Assembly: GCA_001779925.1 (NCBI GenBank)
Contig: MFEK01000010.1
Coordinates: 19,377-83,376, forward strand
Direction of reading: 5' to 3'
Length of the DNA stretch: 64,000 nucleotides
Origin: Candidatus Doudnabacteria bacterium RIFCSPHIGHO2_01_FULL_46_14
GTDB taxonomy: Bacteria > Patescibacteriota > Doudnabacteria > UBA920 > 2-01-FULL-46-14
Made by a program: the position numbers and the translations under genes
The notes under the pieces: generated by a model
Told to the model about the DNA's origin: nothing
The model's input: only the letters and a program-made list of their open reading frames with translations
Databases searched by the model: none
In this document: positions 49,532 to 57,489 of the stretch, one piece after another
How the letters are laid out: every line of letters starts with the position of its first letter
Numbering within the stretch: position 1 is the first letter of the stretch

Positions 49532-49909
49532 TCATAAATTTAGCTTGTGAATTAAATCATCAAAGACACCGGAAGTATTGTGCATGATATCACGATTACT
49601 GTATCTAACAATCTGGCAACCTAGTGATTTCAGATAATTTTCTCTCATAATATCATTCCCCATTGTGGAGGCTTCTGCATGCGTATCGCCATCAATCTCG
49701 ATAATATATTTTTTTTCTGGACAATAAAAATCGACTACATAATCTCCAATTGCATGCTGGCGCCGGAATTTTAAATTATAGAACTGCTTGCCCCCAACTT
49801 TGGTCCAGAATATTTGTTCTGCAGGGGTCATATCGCGACGCAATCTTCTGCGTATGGAAATGGTTTTTGGAGAACCTGATTTTGGCCCGCGAGATTGATT
49901 GAATTTCAT
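49532..49909 (-). CDS. DUF559 endonuclease 2
   Basis: LRRDMTPAE, KFRRQHAIGDYVVDFYC, IEIDGDTH, RENYL, IVRYSN. Confidence 0.92.
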   Translation of the reverse strand: MKFNQSRGPKSGSPKTISIRRRLRRDMTPAEQIFWTKVGGKQFYNLKFRRQHAIGDYVVDFYCPEKKYIIEIDGDTHAEASTMGNDIMRENYLKSLGCQIVRYSNRDIMHNTSGVFDDLIHKLNL

Positions 49910-49943
49910 AACCTCCCCTAACCCCTCCTCACGAGGAGGGGAA
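49909..49943. repeat. family A unit at the 5' side of DUF559-2
   Basis: Reverse complement is identical (35 bp) to 27689-27723 inside hisS. Confidence 0.92.
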
Positions 49944-49951
49944 CTAATGCG

Positions 49952-52483
49952 CTACCCGCACTTACTGAACCCGCAGAGGTCGCATTTGAGGCATCCCTCG
50001 GCCATCATCAGCATATTGCCGCAATCCGGACAGGCCGGAGCGTGGCCGAGATTGGCAATGGAGGTTTTGACTTCTAGTTCTGCCTCGCCAGAACTCCCCC
50101 CCGCCCCCTCTTTGGTAAAAGAGGGGGAGACTGATTCAACCTGAGGCGTTTCGTCTTTTCCGAATTTCAGCCCCAGCTCTGTCTGGCCGCGCTTGATGTG
50201 GCTTTCCAAAACCTGGCCGATGGCATCCGGCAGAGAATGAATCGTGCCGCCATTGGCAAAGATAATGTCCGGGCCGCGGATGCCTTTGAGCTGATCGATT
50301 ATTTCCGTGGTCGCAGTGCCGGTGCGCAGAGCCAGGGAAATGAGTCGGCAGATCGCTTCAGTCTGCGCGTGGAAAAAACCGCCCGCTTTGCCAAGACTGG
50401 AGAAGACCTCAAACGGGCCGTGCTCGTCCTCGTTGATCGTCACAAACAGATTGCCGTACGAGGTACGCGTGCGGTAAGTCACGCCCCGCATCACATCCGG
50501 CCGCTCACGCGGAATGGTTTTGTAATTGTTCGAGCCGTTGACGATTTTAGCACTTAAAATTTGCTCGACTTTTTCGGCAACCTTATTTTCTCCCATAGAA
50601 GCTGACATGCTCATGTGTTCCATGCCTGGGGCAAGCGATTTGGCTTTATCGAGGTTCTTATTGAGGTTCAGTACCTGGACTTCGCGTGAGCCATCGCGGT
50701 ACAAGGTGCAGCCTTTGCAGCCCAGTTTCCAGGCCATGATATAGCCATCCTCAATGTCCTGAACAGTGGCTTCATGCGGAAAATTGATGGTTTTGGAAAT
50801 GGAGTTCTCTACGTATTTCTGGAACGCGCCCTGAGCTTTGATGTGATCCTGCGCGGAAATATCCATGGCCACGCGGAACGTATCTTTGACCTCTTGAGGA
50901 ATCCCCGCGATATTTTCCACAGATCCTTCCTGGATAATCTGATTTTTAATTTCTTCCGAGATGCCATGCTTGACGAGGGCGGCTTCCAGATAGCGGTTCA
51001 AATATTTATAAGTATGGCCATCTTTGTCCTGTTTGGTAAAAGCCAGGGCAAAGTTCGGCTCAATCCCGGAACTGGTATCAAAGAACATGGAGATTGAACC
51101 GGTCGGTGCAACTGTGGTGACCATGGTGTTGCGCCGTTTTATGCCCTGGATGGCCCAGGTCGAGTGTTCCCACAAAGGAAATTCTGCTTTTTCCGCGGCC
51201 AGGGCGACAGATGTGTTGTGCGATGACTCCTGAATGGTTTTCATGACCAGCTCACCGGTTTCAAAGCCCTTATCAGAATCATAACGCACATTCATTTGGT
51301 AAAGCATATCTGCATAACCCATGACGCCGAGGCCGAGTCTGCGGGTATTGTGGGACATCTCCTGCACCTCGCGCACCGGGTAGTCGAACAGATCAATGAC
51401 ATTGTCGAGAAAACGCGTGGACACCATGGACACATGCTCGAGGCGCTTGAGATCCAGCTGGCCGTCTTTTACAAAAGCCGCGAGATTGATCGAGCCAAGA
51501 TTGCAGACATCATAAGGCGGCAGACCCTGCTCGCCGCACGGATTGGTGGCCTCGATCGGGGTTTTCGGCATGGTGTTGCCGCGGTTGAACGCATCGAGAA
51601 ATATGACTCCCGGCTCGCCATTGTGCCAGGCATTCTGCACGATCTCATTGTAAAGCTCTTTGGCGGTCATATTGAGCTCTTCGATATTTACGACCACGCC
51701 AAAACGGTCGCGGGTGATACGCCGCGGCTTCATTTTTTCGCCCTGGAAGCGGCAGTACCACTGCTCATTGGGCCGCTCGCTCACCGCTTTCATGAATTCA
51801 TCAGTCATGCCCACGCTGATGTTAAAATTGCGAATGTCACCTTCCACGCGCTTGCAATGCACAAAATCGAGAATATCCGGATGATCAACCGGCAAAATCG
51901 CCATGTTCGCGCCATGCCTGCCCTGCTGTTTTATCACGCCAAAGGCCTGGTTGTAGACTTGCAGGAACGAAACCGGACCAGAGGCCATCCCTACCGAGGC
52001 TTTGACCACAGTGCCGGCAGGCCTGAGCCTGCCAAAAGAAAAACCCAAACCGCTACCGGCTTTTTGGAGGAGCGCCGCGTCCTTCAAAGTCTTGAAAATC
52101 CCTTCCATGCTGTCCTCGATAGGGAGGACTATGCAGTTAGCCACGACCGGCGAAGGTGCGCCGGCATTGGTAATGGTCCGGCCGGCCGGCGTAAACTCTT
52201 TGTGAGCCACAATCTCAAAAAATTCTTTTTCCCAGTAGCGGATCTTATCGGCAGGAAGGCCGTAGTTTTTGTCAGCACCGGCTACCGCATGGGCAATGCG
52301 GTGGATCATTTCAGCCGGGGTTTCCTGGGTGCCATCCTCGCGTTTTACGAGGTAGCGCTTTTTCATCATCCGCAGGGCATTCTCGGAAAAAGAATCATTT
52401 ACTTTTTTTGCCAAATCCGCGCTCAAAAAATCGCAGTTTTGGATTTCGACCATTATTTCTTTTCTTTTGGTTTGTGTGGCCAT
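49952..52483 (-). CDS. nrdJ: class II (adenosylcobalamin-dependent) ribonucleotide reductase with TSCPD/Zn-ribbon C-terminus
   Basis: ANCIV, TNPCGEQ, CNLGSINL, APTGSIS, SKTIN, YRDGSR, C-terminal CxxC pairs. Confidence 0.95.
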   Translation of the reverse strand: MATQTKRKEIMVEIQNCDFLSADLAKKVNDSFSENALRMMKKRYLVKREDGTQETPAEMIHRIAHAVAGADKNYGLPADKIRYWEKEFFEIVAHKEFTPAGRTITNAGAPSPVVANCIVLPIEDSMEGIFKTLKDAALLQKAGSGLGFSFGRLRPAGTVVKASVGMASGPVSFLQVYNQAFGVIKQQGRHGANMAILPVDHPDILDFVHCKRVEGDIRNFNISVGMTDEFMKAVSERPNEQWYCRFQGEKMKPRRITRDRFGVVVNIEELNMTAKELYNEIVQNAWHNGEPGVIFLDAFNRGNTMPKTPIEATNPCGEQGLPPYDVCNLGSINLAAFVKDGQLDLKRLEHVSMVSTRFLDNVIDLFDYPVREVQEMSHNTRRLGLGVMGYADMLYQMNVRYDSDKGFETGELVMKTIQESSHNTSVALAAEKAEFPLWEHSTWAIQGIKRRNTMVTTVAPTGSISMFFDTSSGIEPNFALAFTKQDKDGHTYKYLNRYLEAALVKHGISEEIKNQIIQEGSVENIAGIPQEVKDTFRVAMDISAQDHIKAQGAFQKYVENSISKTINFPHEATVQDIEDGYIMAWKLGCKGCTLYRDGSREVQVLNLNKNLDKAKSLAPGMEHMSMSASMGENKVAEKVEQILSAKIVNGSNNYKTIPRERPDVMRGVTYRTRTSYGNLFVTINEDEHGPFEVFSSLGKAGGFFHAQTEAICRLISLALRTGTATTEIIDQLKGIRGPDIIFANGGTIHSLPDAIGQVLESHIKRGQTELGLKFGKDETPQVESVSPSFTKEGAGGSSGEAELEVKTSIANLGHAPACPDCGNMLMMAEGCLKCDLCGFSKCG

Positions 52484-52519
52484 GTGATTTTAATTAATAA
52501 TTGATAAGTTTTTCTCTGG

Positions 52520-52604
52520 TTCCCCTCCCTCGAGGGGAGGGGTAAGGGGAAGGTGATATTTAATTTTCCACCCCCACCTAACCTCCCCCCTCAAGGAGGA
52601 GGAA
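52520..52604. repeat. family A doublet (tails inward) between nrdR and nrdJ
   Basis: CCCCTCCCTCGAGGGGAGGGG-TAAGGGGAAGGTG ... CACCCCCACCTAA-CCTCCCCCCTCAAGGAGGAGG. Confidence 0.88.
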
Positions 52605-52615
52605 TACATACACAA

Positions 52616-53062
52616 TCATAACTTCTGCAACTCTTTTTTGAATTCCTCTATATCTTCAAATTGACGGTAGACAGAAGCGAAACGGATATAGGCGACCTGG
52701 TCGAATTTCTTGAGTTTTTTTACCACAATATTGCCGATTTCCTTTGATTCAATCTTGCCATTCTCCAATTTCTTCTGAATCTCCTGTTCAATCTCGGACA
52801 CCAGTTGGCGGAAATTGTCATGAGTAATCGGACGTTTCTCCAAAGCCTTATGGAGTCCTGCCTCCAGCTTTTCGCGAGCATACGGCTCAGTCCGACCGTC
52901 CCGTTTGGCCACCACGAGGTCGAGAATTTCTACCTCTTCATAGGTCGAGAACCTCCCCGAGCAGGATTCGCACTCACGCCTTCGCCTAATCGAAAGCCCG
53001 TCCGAGGCAACCCGGCTGTCTATGACTTTGGTATCTTCTTTTGAGCAGAAAGGGCAGTTCAT
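52616..53062 (-). CDS. nrdR: transcriptional repressor NrdR
   Basis: MNCPFC..TKVIDSR, IRRRREC, VAYIRFASVYR. Confidence 0.97.
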   Translation of the reverse strand: MNCPFCSKEDTKVIDSRVASDGLSIRRRRECESCSGRFSTYEEVEILDLVVAKRDGRTEPYAREKLEAGLHKALEKRPITHDNFRQLVSEIEQEIQKKLENGKIESKEIGNIVVKKLKKFDQVAYIRFASVYRQFEDIEEFKKELQKL

Positions 53063-53174
53063 TTCATCTTAATTTAAGGAATTTTGGGGACAAAAAAGAG
53101 AGAGGCCTCCAGTTTCTTATATTCCAGCTTAAAAACTACAATCGGTTGGTTTTTGTATCAGGGGTTTTTGCCAA

Positions 53175-53224
53175 ACCACTACATATAGTGGTCTATGTAC
53201 TCAACTTATCCCTATATGTAGTTT
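53175..53224. promoter_or_regulatory. tandem NrdR boxes
   Basis: ACCACTACATATAGTGGT and TCCCTATATGTAGTTT, about 3 helical turns apart; resemble the acaCwAtATaTwGtgt consensus. Confidence 0.78.
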
Positions 53225-53289
53225 CTGTCAAATCCCCGATTTTTCGGGATTTTTCCGACTTTTCCACAAAAGAGCACGGCAACAATACA

Positions 53290-53390
53290 ACTCCCCCCTT
53301 GCCTGCCCGCAATCGCTGACGCTCAAGCGTCTTGCAGGCGGGCGAGAGGAGAGTACCCCGAGCTCTTCTCGAGGGGGAGAGAGAAAGGTG
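53290..53390. repeat. degenerate family A unit with nested palindromes
   Basis: CTCCCCCCTT[GCCTGCCCGCAA..CTTGCAGGCGGGC]..CTCGAGGGGGAGAGAGAAAGGTG. Confidence 0.6.
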
Positions 53391-53511
53391 AATTTACGGC
53401 TCACACGCGCTTGAGCCGTTAGTTGACGAATGTAACATCACAATGGCAAAATAAGGCACTTGCCTAAATAGCAAGATTCAAAACGCGCCTAAATAGCGCA
53501 CAGGAGGACCT

Positions 53512-54672
53512 ATGAAAAACTATTCGCCATTTCTGGACTTTGCGCCTACAGTCGTGCTCAAGCCCGAGGCAGTTGCGGAACGAATGAAGTCTAACCCTTT
53601 TGACCTGTTCGATGATGCCAACCATTTTCCAGAGGTCAGAGAAAAAATCGTCGGCCACTTAAAATCCGGCTTCGGAGGGCCCTATCGAAGCCTTTTACAA
53701 TATGAATGGGCCGAAAGCCGAATCCTTGGACTGTTTCACGACGGTGATACTCTTTGGCGGCCCTTGCTGGAATGGTATTGCTCAGGCTACGGAAGTAAAG
53801 ATGTAGGATCTGTACGGCCAATCGAGTTTGCAATCAGCATGGCCAGAGACCAACCCTACCTAATTACAGAAATAACTAAGGTAGTTTGCCCCAACGCGAA
53901 GTATAACAACTGCTATTGGAACTCTCCTTCCATGAAAGTGTTTTTAGACGACTGCTGGGCAAGTCTGATTCGTGACGTCGAGGCTGGACATGAATCCAAG
54001 ACAACCATCGCGACTTTTCAGGCAATCAGACGAGTCGCCCGCCTTCTCATCGAGGTCAAAGACACCACATGGCTGCCAAAGCTCGCGGAAATACGAGACA
54101 TGCTCAAAAACATCCATCCGAGATGGATACCGCCGACAGGAAAGGACGAATTTGAGGTACCGATAGTGGGTGGTGTCATTACTCACACCATTCGCATTCT
54201 CGAGGAGGAAGCAGCGGATTGGATGAAAGACCCGCTGGCGGAAGGGATTCGGGAGAGAATCTACGCCAAACCCGAACCCAATGTCATAGTCAATGTGGAA
54301 TACCCGGAAAAATGGCAGGCAGGTTCACCTATGCTTCTCTTAGTTCAAGTGATCTTTAAAAACGTTGCCCCATCGCGTCCCGACCTTCCGAAAATCATCA
54401 TGGAAGATTTTACAGCTGCTATTCGCACGGACGGCTTTGAAAAAGTGTCTGCAGGGGGTCCCTGGGAAAAGCTTCGAGGATACAACTTTCGGTTCCTTGG
54501 ACAAGGCTTTTATCAAGCCTTCGGAGAAAAGACTCCTGAGGTTTTCGAATCAGCATTTACGCTAGTTCCCACTGGCGGCATTAACCGCTTCCACCTATGC
54601 TTAGTATACGAAGACTCGCGCCATGCAGTGTGGGATGTAGGAAAAACCGCTGGTTATGTACTCTGCGAATAA
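53512..54672 (+). CDS. hypothetical protein
   Basis: 386 aa, strong AGGAGG SD, hairpin ACACATGTCGAGAT..ATCTCGACATGTGT after the stop; no recognised motif. Confidence 0.7.
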   Translation: MKNYSPFLDFAPTVVLKPEAVAERMKSNPFDLFDDANHFPEVREKIVGHLKSGFGGPYRSLLQYEWAESRILGLFHDGDTLWRPLLEWYCSGYGSKDVGSVRPIEFAISMARDQPYLITEITKVVCPNAKYNNCYWNSPSMKVFLDDCWASLIRDVEAGHESKTTIATFQAIRRVARLLIEVKDTTWLPKLAEIRDMLKNIHPRWIPPTGKDEFEVPIVGGVITHTIRILEEEAADWMKDPLAEGIRERIYAKPEPNVIVNVEYPEKWQAGSPMLLLVQVIFKNVAPSRPDLPKIIMEDFTAAIRTDGFEKVSAGGPWEKLRGYNFRFLGQGFYQAFGEKTPEVFESAFTLVPTGGINRFHLCLVYEDSRHAVWDVGKTAGYVLCE

Positions 54673-54754
54673 ATGAACAACAAACACATGTCGAGATTGG
54701 AGGATCTCGACATGTGTGATTTTTTAAAAAATCCCGACTTTTGGTCGGGATTAA

Positions 54755-54800
54755 TTATTTCATCTTCTTCCTGATAAACGCCGGGGTGTCGAATTCTTCG
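54755..54800 (-). repeat. displaced duplicate of the ftsZ 3' end
   Basis: Encodes [14 protein letters not shown] versus fts[15 protein letters not shown] (56231-56276); followed by terminator AATCCCGAC..GTCGGGATT. Confidence 0.9.
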
Positions 54801-54801
54801 G

Positions 54802-55221
54802 TTACTTTTGTGGAAACATGAAGGAAAAAGAGCTAGGGTGAACGATTGGAATGTTTCGAAATTGTCTCAGTCGAAGCAAATGTTTGTCCATTGATACTAT
54901 TAAATTTGCTCCTGCGGCTAAAGCGCATTCCAAAATTTTGTCATCATCTGGATCGTCCTTGATTACCTGTAAGGTTTCCTTCGGAATAACTTGGTGAATA
55001 TATTCATCGATAATAATCCGCAGATTTGTAACTGTCCTGTGGTCTGCCAATTTCTCATTTACCCAAATTTGTAATTTTTCTTCGATTTCGTCTTTGATGT
55101 CAGGAGAAATAAATACTATATAATTAAAATCCGGGCTGAAAATTTCCCGAAACATCCGAAAAACGAATCCGCCTTCCCGTAATGCGGCCAGATAAATATT
55201 TGTGTCTAGTACAACGCGCAA
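54802..55221 (-). CDS. PIN-domain toxin
   Basis: RVVLDTNI, DDPDDDKILECA, IVSMDKHLL. Confidence 0.92.
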   Translation of the reverse strand: MRVVLDTNIYLAALREGGFVFRMFREIFSPDFNYIVFISPDIKDEIEEKLQIWVNEKLADHRTVTNLRIIIDEYIHQVIPKETLQVIKDDPDDDKILECALAAGANLIVSMDKHLLRLRQFRNIPIVHPSSFSFMFPQK

Positions 55222-55224
55222 AGC

Positions 55225-55464
55225 TTAACCAAAATACTTTTCTACGTCATCATCAGTTTTGATCCCTAGCTTTTCAAATGCCGGGGCAAAGCCCTTTTGA
55301 ACCTGTGACCATTGGGACAAAAACAGCTGATAACGCAGGGTTTCTTTTACATATTGACTCACGGGGATATCCTGCTCTTTGGCATACCGAATCAGTTCCC
55401 GCCGTAAGGATTTTGGCAATGATACACTTAAAATTTCGGTCTTTTCTCGTTTTATACTTGGCAT
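55225..55464 (-). CDS. ribbon-helix-helix (CopG-like) antitoxin
   Basis: ILSVSLPKSL...VSQYVKETL; upstream direct repeat ATTATTCTGTAATAAT x2 at 55478-55514. Confidence 0.82.
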   Translation of the reverse strand: MPSIKREKTEILSVSLPKSLRRELIRYAKEQDIPVSQYVKETLRYQLFLSQWSQVQKGFAPAFEKLGIKTDDDVEKYFG

Positions 55465-55632
55465 AACTTAAAAATTATTATTCTGTAATAATACTATATT
55501 ATTCTGTAATAATTGTCAAGGGCAAGAAAAGAGCTCGATCCATAATGGTCGAGCTACCTGTCCATCCGGTCAGGTTCGGTTAAATCACAACAGAGTCTGT
55601 GCCTCTCGTCTGATAGACTTTCACGCAGATAT

Positions 55633-56103
55633 TTAAAACTGCTTGGCAGGACGCAGCATCGCTTCGAGTTTCTCCCTTTCATTGTTTAACCCCCAAGTCG
55701 CCATTGCTGCGGCGCAATCATAGATCATGTAAGGGAATCTCTTGCCCCAAACACCCTCGCCTATCACTGACACGAAAGTTTCGAGCGCGATCTGTTTCGC
55801 CTTTATTTTCGCTACCAGGTAAATAAGATCATCCATAGCATCAGGAGGAAAATCATCCACTGCTGCCGTTAAGATCATTTGACGAACTGCCTCGCAGAAA
55901 GCTTGCCGTGCCTCCGTAGACAGTCTATCAAACAGTGTTTTGAGGGCATCGAGATTCGATTCATACCCCCATATGCCAATTTCCCGGAAGCCGAAAGGGT
56001 CGCGAAGTCTGACACTGAGGTAATACTGGCGGCGCAAGCCACGATCTAGCCATGACTTGAAGTCATCGGCCTGATATCCGTTTAGCTCTAACAAAGTTGC
56101 CAT
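55633..56103 (-). CDS. hypothetical helical protein
   Basis: SD AGGAGG; no recognised motif. Confidence 0.6.
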   Translation of the reverse strand: MATLLELNGYQADDFKSWLDRGLRRQYYLSVRLRDPFGFREIGIWGYESNLDALKTLFDRLSTEARQAFCEAVRQMILTAAVDDFPPDAMDDLIYLVAKIKAKQIALETFVSVIGEGVWGKRFPYMIYDCAAAMATWGLNNEREKLEAMLRPAKQF

Positions 56104-56230
56104 ACTTGCCTCCTGTCTATTGCACTAGTCGGTACATAGCTTTGCATTGCTCCTCCTAACGCGAAATCATAAGAACAACTAAAAATAGCACTTCTGTGCT
56201 ATTTTGTAAAGCCGTCGCCGGATAATAATT

Positions 56231-57388
56231 CTACTTCATCTTCTTCCTGATAAACGCGGGGATGTCGAGTTCTTCGTTTTCCTCGTCCTCTTCGTCCTCA
56301 TCCACGGCTTTGGGGGCATAGGTCGAACGGGCTGGGGTTTCCGAGATCTCCTGAGTAACGCCAAAGCCGAGGGGCGCAGAGATCGGCGCCATCCGCTGCT
56401 GGGGGATAGCTTTTCGCGTGCGCGCCACCTCGTCAAAACCCGTGGCGATCACGGTAATGCGCACCTCGTCTGACATGGCTTCGTCAATCACAGCCCCAAA
56501 AATAATCTTGGCATCGCTGTCCACGCTCTTAGTGATAATCTTAGCTGCTTCATCAACCTCATACATGCCGAGGTCCTTGCCACCAGTAATGTTAAACAGC
56601 ACGCCACGCGCCCCGTCAATGGAAACCTCAAGAAGCGGTGAATCAATGGCTTGTTTAGCTGCCTCAATGGCCCGGTTTTCGCCTGAGCCGCGGCCAATGC
56701 CCATGAGTGCCGAGCCGCTATCCGTCATCACGCTTTTCACATCCGCAAAATCTACATTGATGAGGCCCGGGGTCGTCACCATATCGGCAATGCCCTGCAC
56801 GCCTTGCCGCAGAACATCATCCACGGTGCGAAACGCGTCGAGAAGCGAAGTCTTTTTATCAATAATCTGCAAAATGCGGTCATTGGGGATGATAATGATT
56901 GTATCCACGCTGGACTTGAGCTCCTCGAGCCCTTTTTCTGCCAACTCGCGGCGCTTGGCTCCCTCGAATGCAAAAGGCTTCGTTACCACTGCCACTGTCA
57001 GGATGCCTTCTTCTTTGGCCAGCTCGGCAACCACCGGAGCCGCTCCCGTGCCAGTGCCACCGCCCAAGCCGCAAGTTACGAACACCATGTCAGCGCCATG
57101 CAAAACTTCTAAAATCTCTTCCTTGTTTTCTTCCGCGGCGGCGCGGCCCACATCCGGATTCATACCAGCGCCCAAACCACGCGTAGCTTGTTTGCCAATC
57201 TGAACCTTTCGGTCAGCTTTGGAATGGTGAAGCGCCTGGGCATCAGTGTTGATCGCCACAAACTCAACGCTTTGCAGACCTGCCGTAATCATGCGGTGAA
57301 TCGCGTTATGGCCCGAGCCTCCCACGCCAATGACCTTAATGCGGGCAATGGTCTCGATTTTTGGTTTTAATTCGGTGGATTTCGGCAT
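56231..57388 (-). CDS. ftsZ: cell division protein FtsZ
   Basis: [26 protein letters not shown]-terminal peptide. Confidence 0.98.
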   Translation of the reverse strand: MPKSTELKPKIETIARIKVIGVGGSGHNAIHRMITAGLQSVEFVAINTDAQALHHSKADRKVQIGKQATRGLGAGMNPDVGRAAAEENKEEILEVLHGADMVFVTCGLGGGTGTGAAPVVAELAKEEGILTVAVVTKPFAFEGAKRRELAEKGLEELKSSVDTIIIIPNDRILQIIDKKTSLLDAFRTVDDVLRQGVQGIADMVTTPGLINVDFADVKSVMTDSGSALMGIGRGSGENRAIEAAKQAIDSPLLEVSIDGARGVLFNITGGKDLGMYEVDEAAKIITKSVDSDAKIIFGAVIDEAMSDEVRITVIATGFDEVARTRKAIPQQRMAPISAPLGFGVTQEISETPARSTYAPKAVDEDEEDEENEELDIPAFIRKKMK

Positions 57389-57489
57389 ATTGTATGGGAA
57401 TAATACATGAGTCCGAATCAATAATCAATAAAAAATAATCGATAATGTCAAGGACCGGTCTGACTGGTCAAGGCACCCTTCGACTTCGC

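Noticed and set aside
49952-52483. Intein or intron in NrdJ
   Set aside because: Motifs are contiguous and no intein termini were seen; only the short repeat-derived insert is present.
51296-52504. 402-aa plus-strand ORF (and similar long antisense ORFs at 1420-2304, 19980-20645, 56418-57203)
   Set aside because: Shadow frames opposite well-supported genes, with no motifs.
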